A stretch of 64,000 bases of DNA from an uncultured Thermoleophilia bacterium (GTDB taxonomy: Bacteria > Actinomycetota > Thermoleophilia > Gaiellales > Gaiellaceae). Below are positions 35,986 through 43,857 of this stretch, in pieces. Positions within the stretch are counted from its first letter, which is position 1. Every line of letters starts with the position of its first letter. The DNA lies in NCBI GenBank assembly GCA_963721235.1, contig CAVRIK010000007.1, forward strand, positions 415,398 to 479,397, written 5' to 3'. The translations under genes and the position numbers were made by a program. The notes under the pieces are model-generated. The model was not told the origin of the DNA. It saw only the letters and a list, made by a program, of their open reading frames with translations, and did no database searches.

Positions 35986-37013
35986 AGCCGCGTCGCACGC
36001 GGCTCCGCGACGAGGTCGTCACGCTGGCGCACGGGGCCGGCGGCAAGGCGACCCGTGCGCTCGTCGAGGGACTGTTCGTCGAGGAGCTCGCCAACCCGCT
36101 CCTCGCTCCGCTCTCCGATTCGGCGTTGCTCGAGCTGGACGGCTCGCGGCTCGCGTTCACGACCGACTCGTACGTGGTCAAGCCGATCTTCTTCCCCGGC
36201 GGCGACATCGGCGACCTCGCCGTCAACGGCACCGTCAACGACCTCGCCGTCGCGGGCGCCCGGCCGCTCGCCCTCTCTGCGGGCTTCGTGATCGAGGAGG
36301 GCTTCCCCGTCTCCGACCTGCGCCGGATCGCCGCGTCGATGGCCCGCGCGGCCGAACACGCAGGTGTGCCCGTCGCCGCAGGCGACACCAAGGTCGTCGA
36401 GCGCGGCAAGGCGGATGGTCTCTACGTGACGACGTCGGGGATCGGCGTGGTCGCGCCGGGCGTCGAGCTCGGCCCCGAGCGGGTCGAAGTCGGTGACCGC
36501 GTGCTCGTCTCCGGCCCGATCGGCGACCACGGCATGGCCGTGATGGTCGCCCGCGGCGAGCTGCAGCTCGAGGTCGACCTCGAGAGCGACACCGCCTGCG
36601 TGCTCGAGCTCGCGCAGGCGCTGCTCACGCTCGGCCAGGCGATTCACTTCATGCGCGACCCGACGCGGGGCGGCGTCGCCACCGCGCTCAACGAGCTCGC
36701 GCAGGCTGCGGACATCTCCGTCTCCCTCGACGAGAACGCCCTGCCGGTGCGTGGGGAGGTCGTCGGCACGTCGGAGATCCTCGGCATCGATCCGCTCTAC
36801 GTCGCCTGCGAGGGACGACTGATCGCCGTGGTCGCCGCCGACGCGGGCGACGCGGCGCTCGCACTTCTCCGGTCTCATCCGCTCGGCGCGGGCGCGGCGA
36901 TCGTCGGCGAGGTGCGTGCCGAGCCAGCAGGGCTCGTCCTCCTCGAGACGAGCTTCGGCGGCAGCCGTGTCGTCGACATGCTGGTCGGCGACCCGTTGCC
37001 GCGCATCTGCTGA
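35982..37013 (+). CDS. hypE: hydrogenase expression/formation protein HypE
   Basis: ATG at 35982 (ATGA overlap). AIR-synthase-like fold and the diagnostic C-terminal PRIC; 343 aa. Confidence 0.9.
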   Translation: MKPRRTRLRDEVVTLAHGAGGKATRALVEGLFVEELANPLLAPLSDSALLELDGSRLAFTTDSYVVKPIFFPGGDIGDLAVNGTVNDLAVAGARPLALSAGFVIEEGFPVSDLRRIAASMARAAEHAGVPVAAGDTKVVERGKADGLYVTTSGIGVVAPGVELGPERVEVGDRVLVSGPIGDHGMAVMVARGELQLEVDLESDTACVLELAQALLTLGQAIHFMRDPTRGGVATALNELAQAADISVSLDENALPVRGEVVGTSEILGIDPLYVACEGRLIAVVAADAGDAALALLRSHPLGAGAAIVGEVRAEPAGLVLLETSFGGSRVVDMLVGDPLPRIC

Positions 37014-37033
37014 CGCGCGTCTAGCATCGAAGC

Positions 37034-38236
37034 GTGACGGACGCGAGGACGGGAATCGACAAGCGCGCGATGACCGCGCTCTCGGGCGGGCACCTGGCGG
37101 TCGATTTCGCCTCGGGCAGCGTGCCGGCCCTGATCCCGTTCATGACCGACCGCTTCGATCTGAGCTACATGCTCGCGGCGATGCTGCTGCTGGCGGCGAC
37201 CGCGTCCTCGTCGCTCGTCCAGCCGCTCTTCGGCCTGTGGTCGGACCGCCGGGGGGCGCTCTGGCTGATTCCCGGCGGCACGTTGCTCGCGGCTGTGGGC
37301 GTCGGCGGCGCAGCGATCTCGCCCGCCTACCCCCTCGTGCTCGTGCTCGTGCTCGCCGGCGGGCTCGGGGTCGCCGCGTTCCATCCCGAAGGCGCGAAGT
37401 TCGCCTCGTATGCGAGCGGCCGCAAGCGCGCGAGCGGCATGTCGTACTTCAACAGCGGCGGCAACGTCGGCTACGCGCTCGGCGCGTTCGCCACCGGCCA
37501 GCTCGTCGTCTGGCTGGGGCTCGTCGGCGGGCTCGTCGCCATGGCGCCGGTCTTCCTCGCCGCGCTCGCCCTTGCACGTTTTGCGCCCGAGCTCGCCGCG
37601 CTCACCCCGCGGACACGCGCCACCGGGCTCGCGCGCGGCGACGACCGTCGCCGCGCGATGGCGCTGCTCGGCGTCGTGATCGCGCTGCGCAGCGTCGCCT
37701 GGTTCACGCTGCTCGCCTTCGTCCCCCTCTGGGTCGTCTCGCTCGGGCACTCGAAAGCGGACGGAAGCAGGCTGCTCTTCCTGATGCTGCTGGCGGGCGC
37801 GGTCGGGACGCTCGTGCTCGGCGCGGTCGCCGACCGGATCGGGCTGCGCACGACGCTCGTGATCACACAGGCGCTGATCGCGCCGCTGATCCTCGTGTTC
37901 GTCTACGTGGGCGGCGTCGCGGGCGTGGTCGCGGTGATGCTCGTCGGCGTCTGCGTGGTCGGCACCTTCGGCGTGACGATGGTGCTGAGCCAGCTCTACC
38001 TGCCGCGGCACGTCGGCATGGCCTCCGGACTGTCCGTCGGGCTCGCGATGGGAGTCGGCGGCGTCGCGGCGGTGGTGCTCGGCGCGGTCGCCGACGCGGT
38101 CGACCTGAAGACGGCACTGACGATCTGCGCAGTTGCGCCGGCGGTCGGCGTCGTCGCGTGCCTTCGACTCCCGGCTCCCGCGAAGCAGGCCCGAGTGAGC
38201 CCCGCTCCCGCGGGAGCGCTCGAGTCCGGCGCCTAG
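37034..38236 (+). CDS. MFS transporter
   Basis: 400 aa, about 12 hydrophobic segments, GTG start. Confidence 0.85.
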   Translation: MTDARTGIDKRAMTALSGGHLAVDFASGSVPALIPFMTDRFDLSYMLAAMLLLAATASSSLVQPLFGLWSDRRGALWLIPGGTLLAAVGVGGAAISPAYPLVLVLVLAGGLGVAAFHPEGAKFASYASGRKRASGMSYFNSGGNVGYALGAFATGQLVVWLGLVGGLVAMAPVFLAALALARFAPELAALTPRTRATGLARGDDRRRAMALLGVVIALRSVAWFTLLAFVPLWVVSLGHSKADGSRLLFLMLLAGAVGTLVLGAVADRIGLRTTLVITQALIAPLILVFVYVGGVAGVVAVMLVGVCVVGTFGVTMVLSQLYLPRHVGMASGLSVGLAMGVGGVAAVVLGAVADAVDLKTALTICAVAPAVGVVACLRLPAPAKQARVSPAPAGALESGA

Positions 38237-38832
38237 CGCACGAGCCGTGCGAGCGCGTCGAGGGCGATGCGCTCACCGTCCGGGGTCTCGACGGTACGCT
38301 CGACGCGTTCGGCCCGCTCGACCTCGAGGCCGCTTCCCTCGAGATCGGCGACGACGTCGGCCGCCGTGTACAGCACCTGCGCATCGCGGGGGCCCCCGTG
38401 CCCGGCGGTGAGGTTGTCGCTGTCGTGCGCGACGAGCAGGAACGTGCCGCGGTCGGCGACAGCGTCGGCGGCACGGCGGAGGATCGGCCGGCGGAGCTCG
38501 GCGGGGACCTGGAGGTAGAAGACGAGCACGAGGTCGAAGGAGCGCACCGGCGGCTCGTAGTCGCGCAGATCGACAACCAGCCACTCGCCGTCGACACCGC
38601 GTGACGCTGCCAACCGCCGCGCCTTCTCGAGTGCGACGTCGGAGAAGTCGACACCGGTGACCTGCCAGCCGCGCTCGGCCAGCCAGACGGCGTTCCGCCC
38701 CTCGCCGCAGGCGACGTCGAGGGCGCGCCCAGGCGGGAGCCCTGCGGTCTCCGCGACGAGGAAGCGGTTCGGCTCGGCCGTCCAGACGAGCTCGGCGCCG
38801 CCGTAGCGCTGGTTCCAGTCGTCCCGGTCCAC
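38233..38832 (-). CDS. class I SAM-dependent methyltransferase
   Basis: Motif I LDVACGEGRNAVWLA; 199 aa. 4-nt convergent overlap with the MFS gene. Confidence 0.8.
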   Translation of the reverse strand: MDRDDWNQRYGGAELVWTAEPNRFLVAETAGLPPGRALDVACGEGRNAVWLAERGWQVTGVDFSDVALEKARRLAASRGVDGEWLVVDLRDYEPPVRSFDLVLVFYLQVPAELRRPILRRAADAVADRGTFLLVAHDSDNLTAGHGGPRDAQVLYTAADVVADLEGSGLEVERAERVERTVETPDGERIALDALARLVR

Positions 38833-38904
38833 GGCCTGAGCATGCCTGACGTCATCCCCTGCGGGCGTCGGCTGCCGTCACGAAGGGCTGATTCACTCCC
38901 CCGG

Positions 38905-40643
38905 ATGAGTGCCGAGGCCGCGAAGCGGCGGTTCCACCTCCCGGTGCGGGCCCTGGACGGGATCCGGCCGTACGACCGCGCCTGGCTCTCGAAGGACGTG
39001 CTCGCCGGGGTCACGCTCGCCGCGCTCGCGATCCCGGAGGTGATGGGCTAAACGAAGATCGCCGGCACCCCGGTGATCACGGGGCTCTACACGATCCTGA
39101 TCCCGATCGCCGCGTTCGCCCTCGTCGGCTCCTCGAGACATCTCGTCGTGGGCGGCGACTCGGCGACCGCGGCGATCATGTACGCGGGCATCGCCGGGCT
39201 CGGGGTCTCGGGCCTCCAGCCGAACACACCGCAGTGGGTCGCGTTCGCGAGCCTGAGCGCGCTGCTCGCAGCAGGCTTCCTCTTCCTCGCCCGGGTCGCC
39301 CGGCTCGGGTTCCTGGCGAACTTCCTCTCGCGAACGGTGCTCGTCGGCTTCCTGACCGGCGTCGGGATCCAGGTGGCGATCGGGCAGGTCGGCGGCATGC
39401 TCGGCATCCCACCGCCGAACGTCGCGCCCGATGCCGTGAGCGGCGCCGTGCGCAAGTTCGGGCTCACGCTCTGGGACATCGGCGACGCCTCGTGGCAGAC
39501 AACGCTCGTCTCGGCGATCGTCCTCGCGATCCTGATCGGCTTCGGCCGTTACGCGAAGCAGATTCCCGGCGGCCTCGTCGCCGTGATCGGGTTGATCGCA
39601 GCCAGTTGGATCTTCGACCTCCAGAGCCACGACATCTCGACGCTGGGACCGGTCCCGAGCGGCCTGCCTCACATCGGCCTGCCGAAGGGCACAGCTGGAA
39701 CGACGCGTCCTCTCTGCTCGTGACCGCGGGGTCCCTGTTCCTCGTGATCCTCGCCCAGAGCGCCGCGACCTCACGGGCGTACGCCGTCAAATACCGCGAG
39801 CGTTTCGACGAGAGCGTCGACCTCGTCGGGCTCGGCCTCGCGAACATCGGGGCCGGTCTCAGCAGCACCTTCGTGGTCAACGGCAGCCCCACGAAGACGG
39901 AGATGGCCGACGAGGGCGGCAGCCACACCCAGGTCGCGCAGCTCACGACGGCCGCCGTCGTCGTCATCGTCCTCCTGTTCCTGACGAAGCCGCTGCAGTA
40001 CCTGCCGAACGCGGTGCTCGCGGCGGTCGTGTTCCTGATCGGCCTCAAGCTCGTCGACGTTCGCGGCATGCGTGAGATCCTGCGCCTGCGCAAGGACGAG
40101 TTCGCGGTCGCAGCCGCGACGGCCGCCGTCGTCGTCGGGGTCGGGGTCGAGCAGGGGATCATCCTCGCGATCGTCCTCTCGCTGATCCTGCACCTGCGAC
40201 GGCACTACGCACCGGTCGACGTGGTCCTCACCTGGGACGAACGCCACCACGTGCGGGCGCTCCCGCCCGGCCCCGGTGTGACCAGCGAGCCCGGGCTGGT
40301 CGTCTACCGCTTCGGCGCGGGCATCTTCTACGCCAATGCCCAGCGCCTGTCCGACGAACTGCTCGAGCTCGCGGGCGGTGACAGCCCGCCTCGCTGGATC
40401 GTCCTCGTCGGCTCGAGCATCGACGACATCGACTTCACCGGCGGCAAGACCCTCGGCGAGCTCGCCGGCGAGCTCCGGGCGCTCGGGGTCACGCTGGCCG
40501 TCGCCGACGTCCGCGACTCCGTGCGCGACGAGCTCGACCGGTACGGCCTGACGAGCACGATCGGCGCAGACCGGATCTTCGAGACGGTCGAGGCGGCAGT
40601 CGAGGCGTTCCATGCCGAGGCAGCCCCGCCGGCGGGCCGGTAG
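38905..40643 (+). pseudogene. SulP family anion permease with STAS domain, disrupted by an in-frame TAA and a frameshift
   Basis: Three track ORFs (38842..39051, 39073..39723, and the tail of 39234..40643) join into one SulP sequence. IPEVMG-TAA-TKIAGTPVITGLY puts the stop where the family has Tyr (39049-39051). The frame shifts near 39691-39694, between GLPHIGLPKG and SWNDASSLLVTAG. Confidence 0.8.
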
Positions 40644-40649
40644 CGAAGG

Positions 40650-41558
40650 TCAGCGCGGCTCGAGCCCCCAGCGGCCGGCGAAGGCGGCTCCGGGCTCGAG
40701 CACGATCAGGTGCTCTCTCGACCGGAAGGCGTTCGGTGGACAGGTCATCGGCTCGACGGCGAGGCTCCGCCGGGCCACGTCCGGGAGCGGATCGCCGGTG
40801 AAGAGCATCAGGTACGGGTAGCTCTCGTCCACCCAGAGGGTCAGCCCCGTCTCGCTCTCCGGGTCGCGGAGCTCGACGCGTGCGAGCCCGTCCTCGTCTC
40901 GCTCGAGATCGGCGAAGGCATGGTCGAGCCGGGTCGCGCCGAGCAGCCTGGCGACACGGAAGTCGTGCTCGGTCCCGGCGACCGGGTCGCGGGCGGTCGG
41001 GATGCCGTTCTCGTCGGAGCGCAGGACGGTTCGCGCGGGGACGCGCAGCACGATCGAGTCGACCGTCGGCGTGCCCAGCGTGAGATAGGGGTGCGCACCG
41101 GCCCCGAACGGGCACGGACCGGTCCCGGCGTTCGTCGCCGTCGTCCGGACGCGCAGGCCCGCCGGGCCGAGCGCGTACTCGACCGCCAGGTCGAGCGTGA
41201 ACGGATAACCGGGGCGGGGATGGAGCGTGTGCGCCATCACGACGCGGCTCGGCTCCCGCTCGGCGACCGTCCAGTTCGCCCACCGGACGAGGCCGTGGAT
41301 CGCGTTGTTCGACGCCGGCTCGTCGAGCGGCAGCTGGTGCCGGTGACCGCCGAACTCGTACGAGCCGCCCTGCACCCGGTTCGGCCACGGCACCAGCACC
41401 TGCCCCCGGCCCGACGTGCTCAGCTCCAGAGGCCCGTAGCCGTCGAGGAGATCGCGGCCCGCGACGGCGTACGACCGCAGCCCACCGCCCACCTCGACCA
41501 CGACGGCCCGCTGTTCGCCGAGCGCGAGCTCGATCTGCTCCCCCGACGGTGCGATCAC
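40650..41558 (-). CDS. aldose 1-epimerase (galactose mutarotase-like) family protein
   Basis: ORF 40650..41909 trimmed to the GTG at 41558 (VIAPSGEQIELALG). NAIHGLVRW and GAHPYLTLG motifs. Confidence 0.75.
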   Translation of the reverse strand: MIAPSGEQIELALGEQRAVVVEVGGGLRSYAVAGRDLLDGYGPLELSTSGRGQVLVPWPNRVQGGSYEFGGHRHQLPLDEPASNNAIHGLVRWANWTVAEREPSRVVMAHTLHPRPGYPFTLDLAVEYALGPAGLRVRTTATNAGTGPCPFGAGAHPYLTLGTPTVDSIVLRVPARTVLRSDENGIPTARDPVAGTEHDFRVARLLGATRLDHAFADLERDEDGLARVELRDPESETGLTLWVDESYPYLMLFTGDPLPDVARRSLAVEPMTCPPNAFRSREHLIVLEPGAAFAGRWGLEPR

Positions 41559-41690
41559 CGCCCGAACGCTACTCCAGCGCCGCAGCTGTGCCCACCGCCC
41601 GGGCCTCCCGCAGGGGTCCGGCTGCGGCGGGCGAACCAGTCCACATAGCCTTCCTGTGAGGAAGTTCTGGCCGACACTGGAGAGAAGAGG

Positions 41691-42326
41691 ATGTTGAAGG
41701 TTGTCATTGCGGACGATCACCGCCTGATCCTGGCCGGGATCAGGCGCTCCCTGGAGGACGACGGGGACTTCGAGGTGGTCGGCGAAGCGAGCACCGGCGA
41801 GAAGGTCCTGCCGCTCGTCGCCCAGACCAATCCCGACCTTGTCGTGCTCGACCTGCGGATGCCCGGGATGGACGGGCTCATCTGCCTCGACCAGATCAAG
41901 AAGCGCCACCCCTCGGTGAAGGTGGTCGTGCTCTCAGTCTCGACCGACGAGAAGCTGATCGAGAACGTGCTCAAGCGGGGAGCGAGCGCCTACATCGTGA
42001 AGAGCGTGAATCCGGTCGACCTGCCGGGAGCGCTACGGCAGGCGGTCGAGGGCAACGTCTTCAGCACGATCGGGCTGCCGGATGCCACGGCAGCGGGCGC
42101 CGCGAAGGCAGCCGGGCTCACGGATCGTGAGGCAGTCATCCTCGGCGCGCTCGCACGCGGTCTCTCGAACGAGCAGATCGCGAAGGAGCTCTGGGTCGCC
42201 GAGCAGACGGTCAAGTTCCACCTCACGAACGTCTATCGAAAGCTCGGCGTCTCCAATCGAACGGAGGCGGCCCGGTACGCCTACCAGCAGGGCCTCGTCG
42301 AGAGCCCGCTCTACGAGCACGAATGA
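41691..42326 (+). CDS. NarL/FixJ (LuxR-type HTH) response regulator, no adjacent kinase
   Basis: Receiver domain (VVIADDH, DLVVLDLRMPGMDG) plus LuxR HTH (LTDREAVILGALARGLSNEQIAKELWVAEQTVKFHLTNVYRKLGV). GGAGAGAAGAGG lies upstream of the ATG. Confidence 0.9.
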   Translation: MLKVVIADDHRLILAGIRRSLEDDGDFEVVGEASTGEKVLPLVAQTNPDLVVLDLRMPGMDGLICLDQIKKRHPSVKVVVLSVSTDEKLIENVLKRGASAYIVKSVNPVDLPGALRQAVEGNVFSTIGLPDATAAGAAKAAGLTDREAVILGALARGLSNEQIAKELWVAEQTVKFHLTNVYRKLGVSNRTEAARYAYQQGLVESPLYEHE

Positions 42327-42333
42327 CCGCCGC

Positions 42334-42564
42334 CTAGAGCAGGTCGACCCGGATCAGCCGGCCGTCGGCGCGCTGGGCCGCTTCCCAGGCGCGAACCCGG
42401 AGGTCGATCGCCAGCCGCATCGCCTCGAGGTTGTAGGAGCCGAGCAGAGAGACCTCGACCGTGTCCTCGTCCCCGCCCGGACCAACGACGAGATCGGGAC
42501 GTGACCGGAGATCCGCGATCAGCACGTCACGCATGCCGGGATCGCTCACGCGCAGCGTCGTCAC
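42334..42564 (-). CDS. hypothetical small protein (76 aa)
   Basis: Track ORF 42334..42612 trimmed to the GTG at 42564, which forms a GTGA overlap with the upstream zinc-ribbon ORF's stop. The composition looks like real protein. Confidence 0.5.
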   Translation of the reverse strand: MTTLRVSDPGMRDVLIADLRSRPDLVVGPGGDEDTVEVSLLGSYNLEAMRLAIDLRVRAWEAAQRADGRLIRVDLL

Positions 42565-42773
42565 GGCTTCCCGCCTCGCGGAGGCCGGCAACCGAACTGG
42601 TGGTACGCGCACGTGGGACAGTAGAACGCGAGCGCCGGAGGCTCATCCGTTCCGGGCTCGTCGACCCGGTAGGCGCGCCATCCCTGCCAGTAGAGGCCGC
42701 TCGAGATCTGGCACTCGGCGCATCGGACGGTCGTGGCCTGCTTGTGTCGATGATCCCGGCTGCCCGCGTTCAC
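42561..42773 (-). CDS. hypothetical zinc-ribbon-like small protein (70 aa)
   Basis: Two CxxC pairs (RCAECQ ... YCPTCA) about 30 residues apart. Confidence 0.5.
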   Translation of the reverse strand: MNAGSRDHRHKQATTVRCAECQISSGLYWQGWRAYRVDEPGTDEPPALAFYCPTCAYHQFGCRPPRGGKP

Positions 42774-42882
42774 TGTGTCCTCCCCCCCACACGGTCACCT
42801 TGCTGCCGTGTGTTTGCCCAGACCACCGACGGAGGTGTTGACTCCTTGCGACCTACGGCCTGGCCCGAACGGGGGAACGGGT

Positions 42883-43152
42883 CTACGCGGCGCGAGCGTC
42901 GCGGCGAAGAACGGAGAGAACGGCGGCGGTCTCGCCGAGCTCGGGGTCGGCGAGCGCGAGCCGCTCGAGCTCCCGTGCCTCGCTGCGCCGCAGGGAGACA
43001 ACACGCGTGCTGTTGAGCGCCCAATCGAGCACGAGTGCGAGGTCGCGAAGCCTCGACGAGGCGCCTGCCTGGGTTTGCGCCAGCCTCTGGGCGCGCTCGA
43101 TCTGCGCCCGCGGGAACGCCAGCACCTGACCCCTGATCTCGAGCCTGACCAT
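42883..43152 (-). CDS. hypothetical protein (89 aa)
   Basis: Only the C-terminal part of track ORF 42883..43476, from the ATG at 43152 (MVRLEIRGQVLAFPRAQIERAQRL...), has a protein-like composition. No recognisable family. Confidence 0.35.
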   Translation of the reverse strand: MVRLEIRGQVLAFPRAQIERAQRLAQTQAGASSRLRDLALVLDWALNSTRVVSLRRSEARELERLALADPELGETAAVLSVLRRDARAA

Positions 43153-43652
43153 GCTCGGCGAGGCACTGTAGCGACGGGATCGGACACGGTCCCGCGCCCT
43201 CGCCGACGATCGGAAACGTCGAACCGACGCCGGAGGCAGGAGAGGATTCCAACGGCGGGCCTCGTAGCCCGCAGATGCGCCGGCGGCGATCTTCCTCAAG
43301 AACGACGGCTGCAGGGAACGTCGTCGGCGCACCCCTCCGCCCCACCGAGGGAAATTCCCGCATTTTGCGATCGTCCGCGCGGAGCCCGGCCGCGCTGCCG
43401 TCCGCGAAAAGAGGGATACTCGTTGGGCGGCGCGCGGCTGCGGACTGGCGGCAAGATCCCCTTCCGCGCGCCGCACTTCCTCGGCAGGAGCGATCCGGTC
43501 GTCGCCGTGCTCTGGTACGGGCTGCCGGTGTGGATCCGCCTGCGCAGGTAGCAGGCATTCGTTCCCTGCCGAAGAATGTTTGCCGTGGGCGCTGAAGCCG
43601 GCTGCCCGAGGACGGATACACGACGGCCGGACGGAACGCCGAACGAATCGAG

Positions 43653-43844
43653 ATGACCTTTCGCTATCGCCTCATCGACGAGAACGGCGCCGACCTCGGC
43701 CCGCTCGCCTCACACCGCCCGGAGTGGCATCCGGGTGAACGCCTGTCGCGCTGGCACGGCGAGCGGCTGGAGGTGGTCAGCGTCGTCGAGGTCGACGAGC
43801 AGACGGAGTTGTTCCGGGCCTACATCGTCGTGCGCCCGCACTGA
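43653..43844 (+). CDS. hypothetical small protein (63 aa)
   Basis: MTFRYRLIDENGADLGPLAS... has a balanced composition and an ATG start. No recognisable family. Confidence 0.45.
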   Translation: MTFRYRLIDENGADLGPLASHRPEWHPGERLSRWHGERLEVVSVVEVDEQTELFRAYIVVRPH

Positions 43845-43857
43845 CCGCGGTCTCGCG

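Noticed and set aside
36875-38011. 378-aa minus-strand ORF rich in His, Asp, Arg and Glu
   Set aside because: It is antisense to a convincing 12-helix MFS transporter. It has no motif and is low-complexity.
38847-38854. TGACGTCA palindrome upstream of the SulP pseudogene
   Set aside because: An 8-bp palindrome is expected by chance many times in 64 kb.
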